From Bradymonadia bacterium (GTDB lineage: Bacteria > Myxococcota_A > Bradymonadia > UBA7976 > UBA1532), in the NCBI GenBank assembly GCA_046290225.1, contig JBKAGE010000036.1:192001-256000 (forward strand): a stretch of DNA of 64,000 bases, given 5' to 3'. Shown here piece after piece: positions 38,178 through 48,800 of the stretch (the first letter of the stretch is position 1; the number at the start of each line of letters is the position of its first letter). A model generated the notes under the pieces. It saw nothing but the letters and a program-made list of their open reading frames with translations, did no database searches and was not told where the DNA came from. Made by a program: the position numbers and the translations under genes.

Positions 38178-39820
38178 GCGTTCGACGCACGATCTTCGGC
38201 GCCGCGACGTGCGGCGCCGTGCTCTATGGCTGCTCTCTCGCGGTGAGCTTCGATGACGAGTGCAGCGTCGATGGCGACTGTGCAGGCCGTGGCGCCGGCT
38301 TCGTCTGCAGCCAGAACCTCTGTGTTCTGCCCGGTGGCACCGGTGGGGCCGGCGGCAGCATCTCCGGAGTACTCACAGCACAATGCCCGCGGTTTCACGG
38401 GGTGCCCGACGAGGCCACCCTCACCAACGGCAACACCTTGATTCTCGGCACCCTGCTCCCCCTGACCGGCGCCCTCGAAGACTTTGGCCCGCCCATCGAG
38501 CAGGCCGTCTACCTCGCTGTAGACGAGATCAACCAGGTGGGCGGCGTCGCAGGGCGACCTCTCGCGGTGATCTCCTGCGACTCCGCCTCTGACGCCGAGG
38601 CTGCCCAGCCGAGCGCCGATCACCTCTTCACCACCTTGAAAGTGCCTGGCATCGTGGGCGCCGCCTCGAGCGCCGTCACCATCGGGGTGTTCAACAGCAC
38701 CGCGCGACGTGATTCCGGGGCGTTGATGATCAGCCCCGCCTCCACCTCGCCGGGCATCACCGATCTGCCCGACGAAGGGCTGCTCTGGCGTACCATCCCC
38801 TCAGACGCTGCTCAGGGCCTTGCCATCGGTGAGTTGTTGCTGTTTCAGGGGTACGAGCGGGTGGCGGTGGTGAACCGCGACGACTCGTATGGCAACGGGC
38901 TCCGCGACGCCATCATCGACAAGCTGAGGGCCGAGGGCTTCCCCACCGACGACGACACCCGATTCGCCAACTTCACCTATCGCGACGAGACCCAGGCCGA
39001 CGATCAGAGTCAGGCCCTCGTGGCCCTGGGCAACTTCGAGCCCGACATCATCGTCCTCGTGGCCTTCCCTGCGGACGGCACGCAGTTCCTCAATGACGCC
39101 GCCCTCCAAGGATTCAAGCGTTTCGTCCTCCCTGACGGGTTCCGCAGCGACGAGGCCTTGTCCAACGTGCAGGACGACGAGTTGTTGCGGCAAATCATCG
39201 GCACCAACCCCGCGAGCCCCAGCGGAGACACCTTCCAGAGCTTCCGCATCAGATACCGCAGCCGGTGGGGGGACGAGCCCGCAGCCTTCGATGCCCAGGC
39301 GTACGACGCCACGTACATGCTGGCATACGCCATCGCCGCCGTGGGCACCGATCAACCCCTCACAGGTGCCCGCATTGCCGCCGGCTTGCGGCGTTTGTCC
39401 GAGGGTGAGTCGGTGGAGTCGGGCAACGCCGACTTCAACCGGGGCCTGGGCCTGCTCGCCGAAGATGCCGAGGCCACCATCGACTATCTGGGCACCTCAG
39501 GCCCACTCGACATGAACGGCGAGACGGGTGAGGCGCCTGGCAGCATCGAGGGCTGGTTCTTCGATCTCGATCGTCGCCGTGTGGACACCCTCGGTGAGAT
39601 CCTGAGTGCCGAGGGTGAGTTCACCCCGCCGAGTCTCCCCAACGACATGCCCGACGAGATGCCGGATATGGGCGCACCAGATGCAGCCGTGGAGATGCCC
39701 GATATGGGCATGCCCGACATGATGCCGTCAGCGCCAGACATGGAGCCGCCTGAAGAGGTCGAGGATGCAGCTGTGGAGGTGCCCGACGCCGCCCCGGAGT
39801 CCCGTGACGCCATGCCCTGA
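38174..39820 (+). CDS. Branched-chain amino acid-type (periplasmic binding protein class I) lipoprotein
   Basis: Lipobox LYG-C; IGT-type LLPLTG, AVDEINQVGG, ISPASTSP, DDSYGNGL, AQAYDA, YLGTSGPLD; PDM-repeat tail; GTGA overlap with the previous gene. Confidence 0.88.
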   Translation: MSVRRTIFGAATCGAVLYGCSLAVSFDDECSVDGDCAGRGAGFVCSQNLCVLPGGTGGAGGSISGVLTAQCPRFHGVPDEATLTNGNTLILGTLLPLTGALEDFGPPIEQAVYLAVDEINQVGGVAGRPLAVISCDSASDAEAAQPSADHLFTTLKVPGIVGAASSAVTIGVFNSTARRDSGALMISPASTSPGITDLPDEGLLWRTIPSDAAQGLAIGELLLFQGYERVAVVNRDDSYGNGLRDAIIDKLRAEGFPTDDDTRFANFTYRDETQADDQSQALVALGNFEPDIIVLVAFPADGTQFLNDAALQGFKRFVLPDGFRSDEALSNVQDDELLRQIIGTNPASPSGDTFQSFRIRYRSRWGDEPAAFDAQAYDATYMLAYAIAAVGTDQPLTGARIAAGLRRLSEGESVESGNADFNRGLGLLAEDAEATIDYLGTSGPLDMNGETGEAPGSIEGWFFDLDRRRVDTLGEILSAEGEFTPPSLPNDMPDEMPDMGAPDAAVEMPDMGMPDMMPSAPDMEPPEEVEDAAVEVPDAAPESRDAMP

Positions 39821-39902
39821 GGGCACGCCTCGAAGATTCTTTTTGCCCCCGCCGGAACCAAACAGCCCCGGGCGACTCCTTTAGTGCAGGAGGCGTCCAC
39901 TG

Positions 39903-40577
39903 ATGACCCACCCCCCCAATCTGCAGCCCATCGACACCGACGACCTCCATCGGCTGCCGATATTCCCACTCCCGAATGTGGTGTTGTTTCCTGGGGCCGT
40001 CTTGCCCCTGCACGTCTTCGAACACCGTTATCGCGATTTGGTGAAGTACACCCTCGCTCACGGCCAGGTCATGGGGATTCCATTGCTCAGGCCCGGATAC
40101 ACCCCTGATGAGTACGAGGGCAGCCCCCCCGTCTTCGAGTTCATGGGTGCAGGCAGGGTGGTGGCCCACCAGCCCATGCCCGACGGGCGGTGCAATATCT
40201 TGATCCAGGGCATCGAGCGTATCCGTTTGCTCGAAGAGCTGAACACCGACTACAGCTTTCGCCTGCTCAGGGCGGCCCACGTGCCCGAAGTCGGTTCGAT
40301 CAGCCCTGCCCAGCTCGACACGCTGCGCTCGCTCACGCTGCGCCTCGCCCATCACCTGCCCCAGGCCCGTGACGCGCTCATGCGGCTCGTCTCCGAGACC
40401 CACAGCCCCGGGCTGCTCGTCGATCAGCTCGCCGCATATCTCGTGGGTGATCTCGAAGAACGGCAGCGCCTGCTGGAGACGCTCGATCCCGGTGTACGCA
40501 TCGAGCGCCTCAACACTCAGCTCGGCGCCTTGTACCTCGAGCTGTCAGAGCCTGATGGTGGGGGTCAGCTGAACTGA
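39903..40577 (+). CDS. LON peptidase substrate-binding domain protein
   Basis: LPIFPLPNVVLFPG..LPLHVFEHRY, PDGRCNILIQGIER, RQRLLE; no ATPase or protease domain. Confidence 0.92.
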   Translation: MTHPPNLQPIDTDDLHRLPIFPLPNVVLFPGAVLPLHVFEHRYRDLVKYTLAHGQVMGIPLLRPGYTPDEYEGSPPVFEFMGAGRVVAHQPMPDGRCNILIQGIERIRLLEELNTDYSFRLLRAAHVPEVGSISPAQLDTLRSLTLRLAHHLPQARDALMRLVSETHSPGLLVDQLAAYLVGDLEERQRLLETLDPGVRIERLNTQLGALYLELSEPDGGGQLN

Positions 40578-40592
40578 TGGTACACTGCCGTC

Positions 40593-40973
40593 ATGCGCGA
40601 CGCTTCTGATCACGGACTCGACCCCACCACCTGGGCCGTCTTGCGGGCACTCCGCGGTGGCGCCCGCATCTCTCGAAACAAACACTTTGCCCTCTTCGAA
40701 GATCCAAAGGTGCGGCGCGCCCTGAAGATCCATCGATACCTGCGCTCGGTGGTCCGCGACATCGAGCGGTTCCCAGACGCCGTCCAGGTCAAGGCGGTGG
40801 GGCACCCCGAGGGTGACAACTTCACATTGAGAATCGAGATCCCCAGCTTGAGGGGCAGGCGCACGGCCTATCTGAGCAGCACCGAGCTTCACCTGCTCGC
40901 GCAGGACGCCCCGGAGGTGGCTCAGTTGCTGGAGCGTTTGCTCACCGACGAGACCGGCGAAGCGGAGCCATAG
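40593..40973 (+). CDS. Hypothetical protein
   Basis: 126-aa ORF co-oriented with the LON-N gene; SRNKHFALF.DP and R.AYLS..E..LL motifs. Confidence 0.65.
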   Translation: MRDASDHGLDPTTWAVLRALRGGARISRNKHFALFEDPKVRRALKIHRYLRSVVRDIERFPDAVQVKAVGHPEGDNFTLRIEIPSLRGRRTAYLSSTELHLLAQDAPEVAQLLERLLTDETGEAEP

Positions 40974-42615
40974 CCACGAGCAGGAGCAGCCAGAAGGCGC
41001 TGTGCTTGGACCCCTGACCGGCGTTGCAGTTGCATCCTGAGGTCTCGGCGCTGGGATCATCCTGAGCCACGGGGGTGCCGTCGATGACAGGGGGCGGCGG
41101 GGTGCCGATGCCACCACCGGTGCCTGCCGAGCCGCCGACGGGCTCTGGCGTACCACCAGCACCTCCAGCACCCACTTCACCCTCCCATGCGCAGAAGCCA
41201 CCCCGACATACGAAGCCACGATCGCAGTCCCGGTTCACCACGCACTCGGTGAGGCACTCCTCGTTCACGCAGCTCTGGCCCGGAGAGCAGAACGGCTCGC
41301 ACAGCTTCGGGTGGCAGTAGCCATCCGCGGCGCAGGTGTAATGATCAGGACACTCGTTGAACCGACAGGGCTGCAGGCACTGACCCTCGTGGCCACAGAT
41401 CTCTTCTCCGACGCAGCTGGCCATCTCGTCCACGATGCCGTCGCAGTCGTTGTCCTCGCCATCGCAGATCTCCTCGCCTACGGGCAAGGCCGTACAACGG
41501 ATGTAGGCGCCTTCGACGCAGATTCGGCGGCCGATGTGGCATTCGATCTCACACACCTCGTCGGTGTTCTCGTCGATGCGGCCGTCCATGTCGTTGTCGA
41601 TGCCGTCGCAGATCTCTTCGAGGTTGGGATCGTCGGGCTCACAGTCTTCCTGGGTCATCCCGTCGACACAGGCGGCGGTGCCCGGGTTGCCCGAGGGGGT
41701 GGTGCAGGGCTCCTGGGCGTCTTCGTCGATGCGCATGTCGCAATCGTTGTCGCCGCCATCACAGCTCTCGGTGGGGATGTCGCCGCCGAAACATTCGCTG
41801 AGCACCCCGTCGACGCAGATTTGGCGCCCCTGACCGCAGGGGGTGTCGCAGGGCTGCTCGGGCAGATTCTCGTCCACAAGGCCGTCACAGTCGTTGTCAC
41901 GGGCGTCGCAGACCTCTTCGCTGGCGGCCTGAGCGATGTCTTCGAGCACATTGAACAGCTCGTCGCCGCCGTTGGCCTGGTAGTACTGGCCCGTACCACC
42001 CTGTTGAGCCATCTGGCTGAGCGAGTTGCGATCGACACCGTTGCCGAAGCCGATGACAAAGACGGGGTAGCCGGCCCCAAAGGCATTGCGGGCGGCGTCG
42101 ACGGGGCGGCCGTCACAGGTCTCCTTGCCGTCGGTGATGAGCACGATGAAGCTGCGGCGCCCATTGTCGGCGAGCAGATCGAAGTAGCCCCTGGCCTCGT
42201 CGACGGCGCGACCGATGGGGGTCTTGTTTCGCTCTTCAGGGGCGGTCTGACCCAACTGACCGATGATGTCCACGGCGTTTTGGGGTCGCACCGGCGAGCG
42301 CAGCGCGCCGTTGGCGGTGCTCACACTGCACTGGCCGCTGAAGGGAAACACCATGAGCCCGAATCGGATCTGGTCTTGAAAGGCCTGAGTGAGCCGGGTG
42401 GTGGCGTTCACCGCGTTGTCCCACTTCCGCGACTCGAGCATGCTCCCCGAGCGGTCGAGCACGATCATGACGTTGGGCTCCTCGCAGGCACCGGCACTCT
42501 GAGCGCTGGCCCCAGAGGAGGCGACCAGTACACCGGCGAAGGTCACGAGGCTCAGCAACAACCCGCCGAAGAGGCTCTTCTTCCAGCGGCGTGCAGCATG
42601 ATGGTCGATGTGCAT
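40942..42615 (-). CDS. vWA domain protein with Cys/Asp-rich (EICDG.DNDCDG) repeats and MYXO-CTERM
   Basis: MIDAS DRSGSM, TP, LITDG; several E.CDG.DND.DG..DE repeats; GCNC..TM..RRSRR tail. Confidence 0.9.
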   Translation of the reverse strand: MHIDHHAARRWKKSLFGGLLLSLVTFAGVLVASSGASAQSAGACEEPNVMIVLDRSGSMLESRKWDNAVNATTRLTQAFQDQIRFGLMVFPFSGQCSVSTANGALRSPVRPQNAVDIIGQLGQTAPEERNKTPIGRAVDEARGYFDLLADNGRRSFIVLITDGKETCDGRPVDAARNAFGAGYPVFVIGFGNGVDRNSLSQMAQQGGTGQYYQANGGDELFNVLEDIAQAASEEVCDARDNDCDGLVDENLPEQPCDTPCGQGRQICVDGVLSECFGGDIPTESCDGGDNDCDMRIDEDAQEPCTTPSGNPGTAACVDGMTQEDCEPDDPNLEEICDGIDNDMDGRIDENTDEVCEIECHIGRRICVEGAYIRCTALPVGEEICDGEDNDCDGIVDEMASCVGEEICGHEGQCLQPCRFNECPDHYTCAADGYCHPKLCEPFCSPGQSCVNEECLTECVVNRDCDRGFVCRGGFCAWEGEVGAGGAGGTPEPVGGSAGTGGGIGTPPPPVIDGTPVAQDDPSAETSGCNCNAGQGSKHSAFWLLLLVAMAPLRRSRR

Positions 42616-42825
42616 GAACGCTCCCTCTGCTGGGGAGTGTTCACCCCAGCGTCAGAGTCCTGTGAGACCTGTATGCCACAGGCACATCATCACAGCGAGG
42701 TGATGTGTGGCCTGTAGGCGATTGTGGGGAGTGTAGCATGCATGGGGCGGGCCGAAGCGAGCGGTGACAGACTCGAGCCTGCCACAGGGGCGCTTCAAGG
42801 TGGCTTTGACAGCCGGGGGCGAGGA

Positions 42826-45800
42826 TCAGGGGGCGGCGGGCACCTCGGTGCGATCTTGCAGATCCTCGTCGACCACAGCGCCATCACCGATCACGACCTG
42901 ACCATTGCGGTGGCCGATGTTGCGGGGGGTGTCGGGGGCCCCGCTGTTCCGGATGATGACGTTGGCCCCAATGGAGGCCTCTCGATACACGATCGTGTAA
43001 TCCTCGATGACCGTGTTGTCACCGATGGTGGTCCGGTTCCCGATGATGCAGTCCTGCCCGATGGTCACGTTGTTGCCCACGACGCCACGGGAGTACAGAC
43101 GGGTCCGGGCGCCGATGTTGGCGTTGTCACCGATCTGCGTGGAGTCATCCACCTGCACCTCGTCGGCGAGCACCGCGTCGTGGCCCACCGAGGCTCGGTA
43201 GTTGAGCACCACGTTGTTCGCCACCTGAGCGCGATCACCGATCGAGGCCCGTGAGCCCATGGTGAACCCGTTCCCGATGACACCGCCGGTGCCGATCGTG
43301 TCCAGGTGGCGCATGGTCAAGTCGTCACCAATGGTGGTGTTGTCGTTCACCGTCACCCGGCCACGCATGTTGGCCCGATCACCGATGGTGACGTTGTTGC
43401 CCACAGTCCCGCGGATGGTGCCGTTGGCGCCGAAGGTGACGTTGTCGCCCACGGTGGCCGAGTAGCCCACCTCGGTGCCAGCGCCCACGGTGACGTCGTT
43501 GCCGACCTCGACGTAGTCGCTGATGATGGCGCCCTCGCCGATGTTGGCGTTGTCACCCACATCGGAGTTTGCGTTCACCGTCACGTTGTCCGCCACCTGA
43601 GCGCCCTCACCCACCGAAGTGTTGGGCTGCAGCTCCACGTTGGCGCCGACGTCAGAGCCAGCACCCACCTCGACCCCGTTGCCGATGACAGTGCCCTCGT
43701 CGACGGTGCTGCCGTCACCCACGTTGGCGCCGATGCCTACGTTGACCGGGTTGTCACCGCCGGCGAGCTCCACGTCGTTGCCCACAACCACGTTCTCCTG
43801 GATGACCACGTTGTCTCCGATGTCGGCGTTGTCACCGACATCCGCGAGGGCGGCGATCTCCACGTTGTTGCCTACATCAGCGCCGGCGCCGATCTCCACG
43901 CCGTTTTCGATGTTCGCCCCATCTCCGATGGCAACGTCTTCTTCCACCTGAACGTTGTTGCCCAAGTCAGCGCCCTCGCCCACATCGACATTGTCGCCGA
44001 GCTGCACATTATCGCCGAGATCTGCGTTGTCGCCGAGGTTCACGTTGTCGCCCACGGCAGAGCCGTCACCGAGCTCGACGCCCTCGCCCACCTCGACGCC
44101 GACGCCGATGTCGTTGCCTTCGCCGAGATCAGCGTCGGGGTTGACGCAGACATCGCCGAAGCCGTCGCCGTTGTCGTCTACCTGACCGGGGTTGGCGTGA
44201 CGGGGGCAGTTGTCCACGTCACCACAGATGCCATCGTTGTCGATGTCATTGTCCGGATCAGCAGCGCAGAGGTCACAGGCATCACCCAGACCATCCGCAT
44301 CCTGGTCGTCCTGGCCGGGGTTCTGCGTATCGATGCAGTTGTCGGTGTCGTCGGCGACGCCGTCGTTGTCCGTGTCGGTCTCACAGGCGTCGCCGAGGCC
44401 GTCCCCATCGGTGTCGGCCTGATCGGCGTTGGCATCATCCGGGCAGTTGTCGGCGCAGTTGTAGACACCATCGTTGTCTGTGTCGGCCGTGCTCACAGTG
44501 AAGGCGTCAGACACGTCTTCCACCCGAGCGCCGCCGCCGTCGCGGGCCTCGAGGGTGACCCGGAACTCACCGTCGCCGATGTCCTCGGAGAGCACCTGCA
44601 TCACCTCGGACAATGCCGAGCCGTCGTCGGGGGTGTCGTAGTCCTGGCGGCCGATCTCCTGGCCACCGACGGAGGCGATGACGGTGACCACGTCACCCTC
44701 AGGATCGCTCACGTCGAAGGCGAGATCGATGGTGCCGCACACCGTGGAGCCACCGCTGGGTGCCGTGCTGGTGATGCTCGGGGGCGGCTCGTCGAGCACG
44801 CGGATGATGGCGTCGGCCGTAGACGAAGCACCGCTGCCATCGGTGACCCGCACGCGGACCACCTGAGACAGACCCGCAGCCCAGTTGGGGTTGGTGTAGC
44901 CCTCGATGACGGGCCCTTCGGCATCGTCGTACGCCCCGTCGCCGTCGAGATCCCACTGGTAGCTCACGATGCTGTCGCAGGGCGCGTTGGCGTCGAAGGA
45001 GTCCGTGGCATCGAGATCGATGGCGATGGGGTTCCCGTTGACGAAGGCCGTCTGGTACGCGTCACCGGCGTCGGCCACCGGGGCCACATTCTGCACGCTC
45101 AAGGTCACGGTCATCGTGGTCAGATCCGTCTGACCCGCCTCGTCGGTGACCTGGAGTGCCACCACATGATCACCTGGAGTGGTGTACTCGTTGCTGGCCT
45201 CGACGCCATTGGCCTCCGCCTGGAAGTTGCCGTCGTAGGAGAAGTCCCAGGCGTAGTTTGCAAGCCCACGACGGGGATCCGTGTGGAAGCTGCCTGCAGC
45301 ATCGAAGTTGAAGGGGGTACCACACCCGGCCACCTGCGTGTCGGCGCCAAAGACGGCCACCGGCTCGTTGTCGTACACCACCAACGAGGTGGTCACCACA
45401 GACTCCACCCCAAAGCCGTCGGTGACGGTGAGGGTGATGGTGTTGCCGGGCTGATGGGTGTTGGGGTTTGCCGGGCCCTGCAAGCCGTTGTTGGCCAGCT
45501 CGGCGGCGTTGAAGGTGGCCTCACCGTTGAAGCCAGCGCCGAAGGCGCCGATCTGTGCTCCGTTGAGGGCGACGGTGTAGCTGGCAATGGCATCCCCGCA
45601 GATCTCGTCGGGATCGCTGGAGGCCGAGGCGTTGATGGTGAGGGCCTCACCGGTGTTGAGCGTGTAGGGGCCATCGAGGGCCGGGCTCGGCGCGCGGTTG
45701 CCCGACGACACCTCCACCGCCACCTCGTGGGTGTCGGTGTTGCCCTGAGCGTCGGTCACCCGAAGCGTGGCCACGAAGTCACCGAACTGCGTGTAGGTGA

Positions 45801-48800
45801 AGTCCACCGTCTGGCCCTCGGCGTCGAAGCTGCCGTCGCTGTCGAAGTCCCACTGGTAGAGCACGATCTCGCGGTTGGGGTTGGTGTGGCTCGAGTTGCT
45901 GGCGTCGAAGGTCAGCTCCTCGCCACAGGCGGCCACGGCGGCGCTCACCTGGAAATCGGCCACGGGCACGATGTCGTACACGTTGAGGGTGCGCGTTCCA
46001 CTCGTGGTCAGACCTGAGGCGTCAGTGATGTAGACATCGATGGTGTATTCCCCTGCAGCGTCGACGTCGGTGTCGTTGGACATCTGGTCATAGGTGAAGG
46101 TCACCGTGTCCATCTCTCCCTCGTTCAGGGCGTCAAAGTCGCCTTCGTCGAGGAAGCCGTTGTTGTTGGCGTCACGCAGGGTGTTCGTGTAGTCCGGCTG
46201 CCCATCGCGGTCCAAATCCCACGCCACCTCGGTGATGAAGTCGAAGTAGGGCGCGTTGGCGTCACCCGACCGCGAAGCGCGAGTGGAGATGGTCAGATCG
46301 ACCACGCCGTCGAAGTCGATGCCGAAGGTGGTCGGCCCCTCGAGCACAGGTGCGTTCGGTGCCTGGCGGTAGAGGAAGTTGAGGGTGCCCACCACGTCGG
46401 CGGAGGCGCCTTCATCGTCGGTGACCGTCAAGCGCACCGGCACCTCGAAGGTGTCGCCGTCAGAGGCCCCCTCGAAGCGCTTGCTCAGCTCGACCTGAGC
46501 GCCGGTGGCATCTTCGTCGCCGTCATTGTCGAGGTCCCAGCTGTAAGTGACGTTGTTGCGGCCAGGGTTGTCGTGGCCGGAGCCAGAGGCGTCAACCGAG
46601 GCGACGCCTACACCGCTCATGCGCACCAGCGTGGGGTTCGCGGCGATCTCGAAGCTCGGGCGGGGGTTGTTCCCGTAGAGGGTCACCGTGGTGCCCACCG
46701 TGCTCGTGGCGCCGAACCCGTCAGTGACGGTGACCGAGATCGTGTTGTTGGGGGCGCCGCTCTCGGGGTCTGCAGGGAACGAGAGGCCGAAGCCCTGGAT
46801 CTGCGCCCAGGTCACCGCGAGGGTGGCGTCGTCCTGGGTCACGTCGACGGTGCCGTCGTTGTCGATGTCGAAGCCGTAGGTGGCGATGGCGTCGCCGCAG
46901 TCGGCGTCGGGATCAACCGAGGCGCTGGCGTCGAGGGTGATGCCCGCGCCCACAGTGCCGAAGATCGGACCCGCGAGAGCCGCCTCTGGGGGCCGGTTGC
47001 CGGCGTTGACCTGCACGTCCACGGTGTCGATGGAGGTGCGCCCAGCGTCGTCGGTCACCCGCAACGCCACGGTGTAGTCGCCGAAGCCGTCGAACTCGTG
47101 GTTCACCGTCTGACCGTTGGCCTGAGCCTCAAAGCTGCCCACCTGGTAGTCGAAGTCCCAGGCGTAAGCCACGATGTTGCGGTTGGGGTTCTGATGGCTC
47201 GAGCCCTCACCGGTAAACTCGATCGTCTGATCACAGCCCGCCTGGTTGGTGTTCGCCGCAGCGTCCGCGATGGGATCAATGCCGTACACGGTGATCACGG
47301 TGGTGTCGGTGTTGCTCAAGCCCAGGGCATCGTAGCCCCGGAGCGTCACAGTGTATTCACCGGGTGCATCCAACCCGAAGCCGGCGAGATCCTGCGCCGT
47401 GAGGGCCAGCGTGGCCTGCAGCGCGCCGTCAGCGTCGGGGTTGCCGTCGTTGTTGGTGTCGGCCCGCTCGAAGATCGAGTCGGCGGTGCCATCGTTGTCG
47501 ACGTCCCACTCGAATCGGGCGATGAAGTCGCCGAAGTCGTCCACATCAAGATCGTACGAGGCGGAAGCGTCGAGGGTGACCCCCTGCCCCAGATCGATGG
47601 CGTAGCCCGTCTCGGGATTGTCCGTGGGATCGGCGTCGATGACCGGAGGAGTCGGAGGCGGCTGGAAGGTCACCTGGAAGACCACGCTGGCGCTGTTGCC
47701 GGCATCGTCGGTCACCGTCAGACGTACGTCGCGATCCACGGGGTTGTTGGGCACCGGATCGAAGACCACGGCGAGATCAGCCTGAGCACCATTGGCGTCT
47801 TCAGTGCCGTTGTCATCGAGGTCCCAGCTGTAGCTGACGTTGCTCCGCACCGGGTTCTGGTGGCTCGACCCCGTGGCGTCGAGTCGGGTGGTGGCGGTGT
47901 TGTTGCCCACCTGGATCGGCGCCGGATCGGGCTGAGCATCGGCCACAGGCACCGGATCACCACCGTACACAGTGAGGGTGGTCTCGGCGGTGTTGCTGCG
48001 ACCCAAGGAGTCGGTCACCCGCAGGATGAGGGTGTTTGCAGGCAGCCCGGTGTTCGGATGCGCCGGGCCCTGAAGGCCCTGCAGATCATTTGCAGCCACG
48101 GTGGGGTTGGCGCCGTTGGCGATGACCTCTTCACCGTTGCCCAGATCCACGAGCCACTCGTACGTGACCACGCTGTCACCACAGGCGCTGTCGGGATCGC
48201 CCGAGCCCGAAGCGTCGAGCGTGAGATCGTCGCCCAGCTCCATCTCGTAGGGCCCATTGGTCTCGCCCACAGGGGGCAGGTTGCCCGCGCTCACCGCGAT
48301 GTCGATGGTGATCTCGTCGGTGCGACCGTCAGCGTCACTCACCCGCAGAGTGGCGGTGTAGTTGCCGAAGGCGGGGTAGGCGTGGGTAGCCACGGCAGTG
48401 TTGGCGTCGAAGGTGCCGTCGCTCTCGAAGTCCCAGGCGTAGGCGGTGATGTTCTTGTCGGGGTTCTCGTGGCTCGAAGCCCGGCCGTCGAAGCTGACAT
48501 CCTGATTGCAGCCCGCCACGTTCACGCTGGCAGAGCCTTCGGCGATGGGGTTGACCCCTCGCAGATCGAGGATGGCGCCATCGGTGCCCGTGAGGCCTAC
48601 GCCGTCGGTCACCCGCACGGTGACGGGGTAGTCACCGTCTGCGTTGATGCCCAGACCGGCGAGCTGCTGAGCGGTCACCACCTGGGTGTAAGGGCCGTCG
48701 TCATTGCCGTCGATGCGGCCATCACCGTTGGTGTCGGCGCGATCAGCGCTGAAGTCGAAGACGCCGTCGTTGTTCAGATCCCACTCCACCCGGGAGATGA

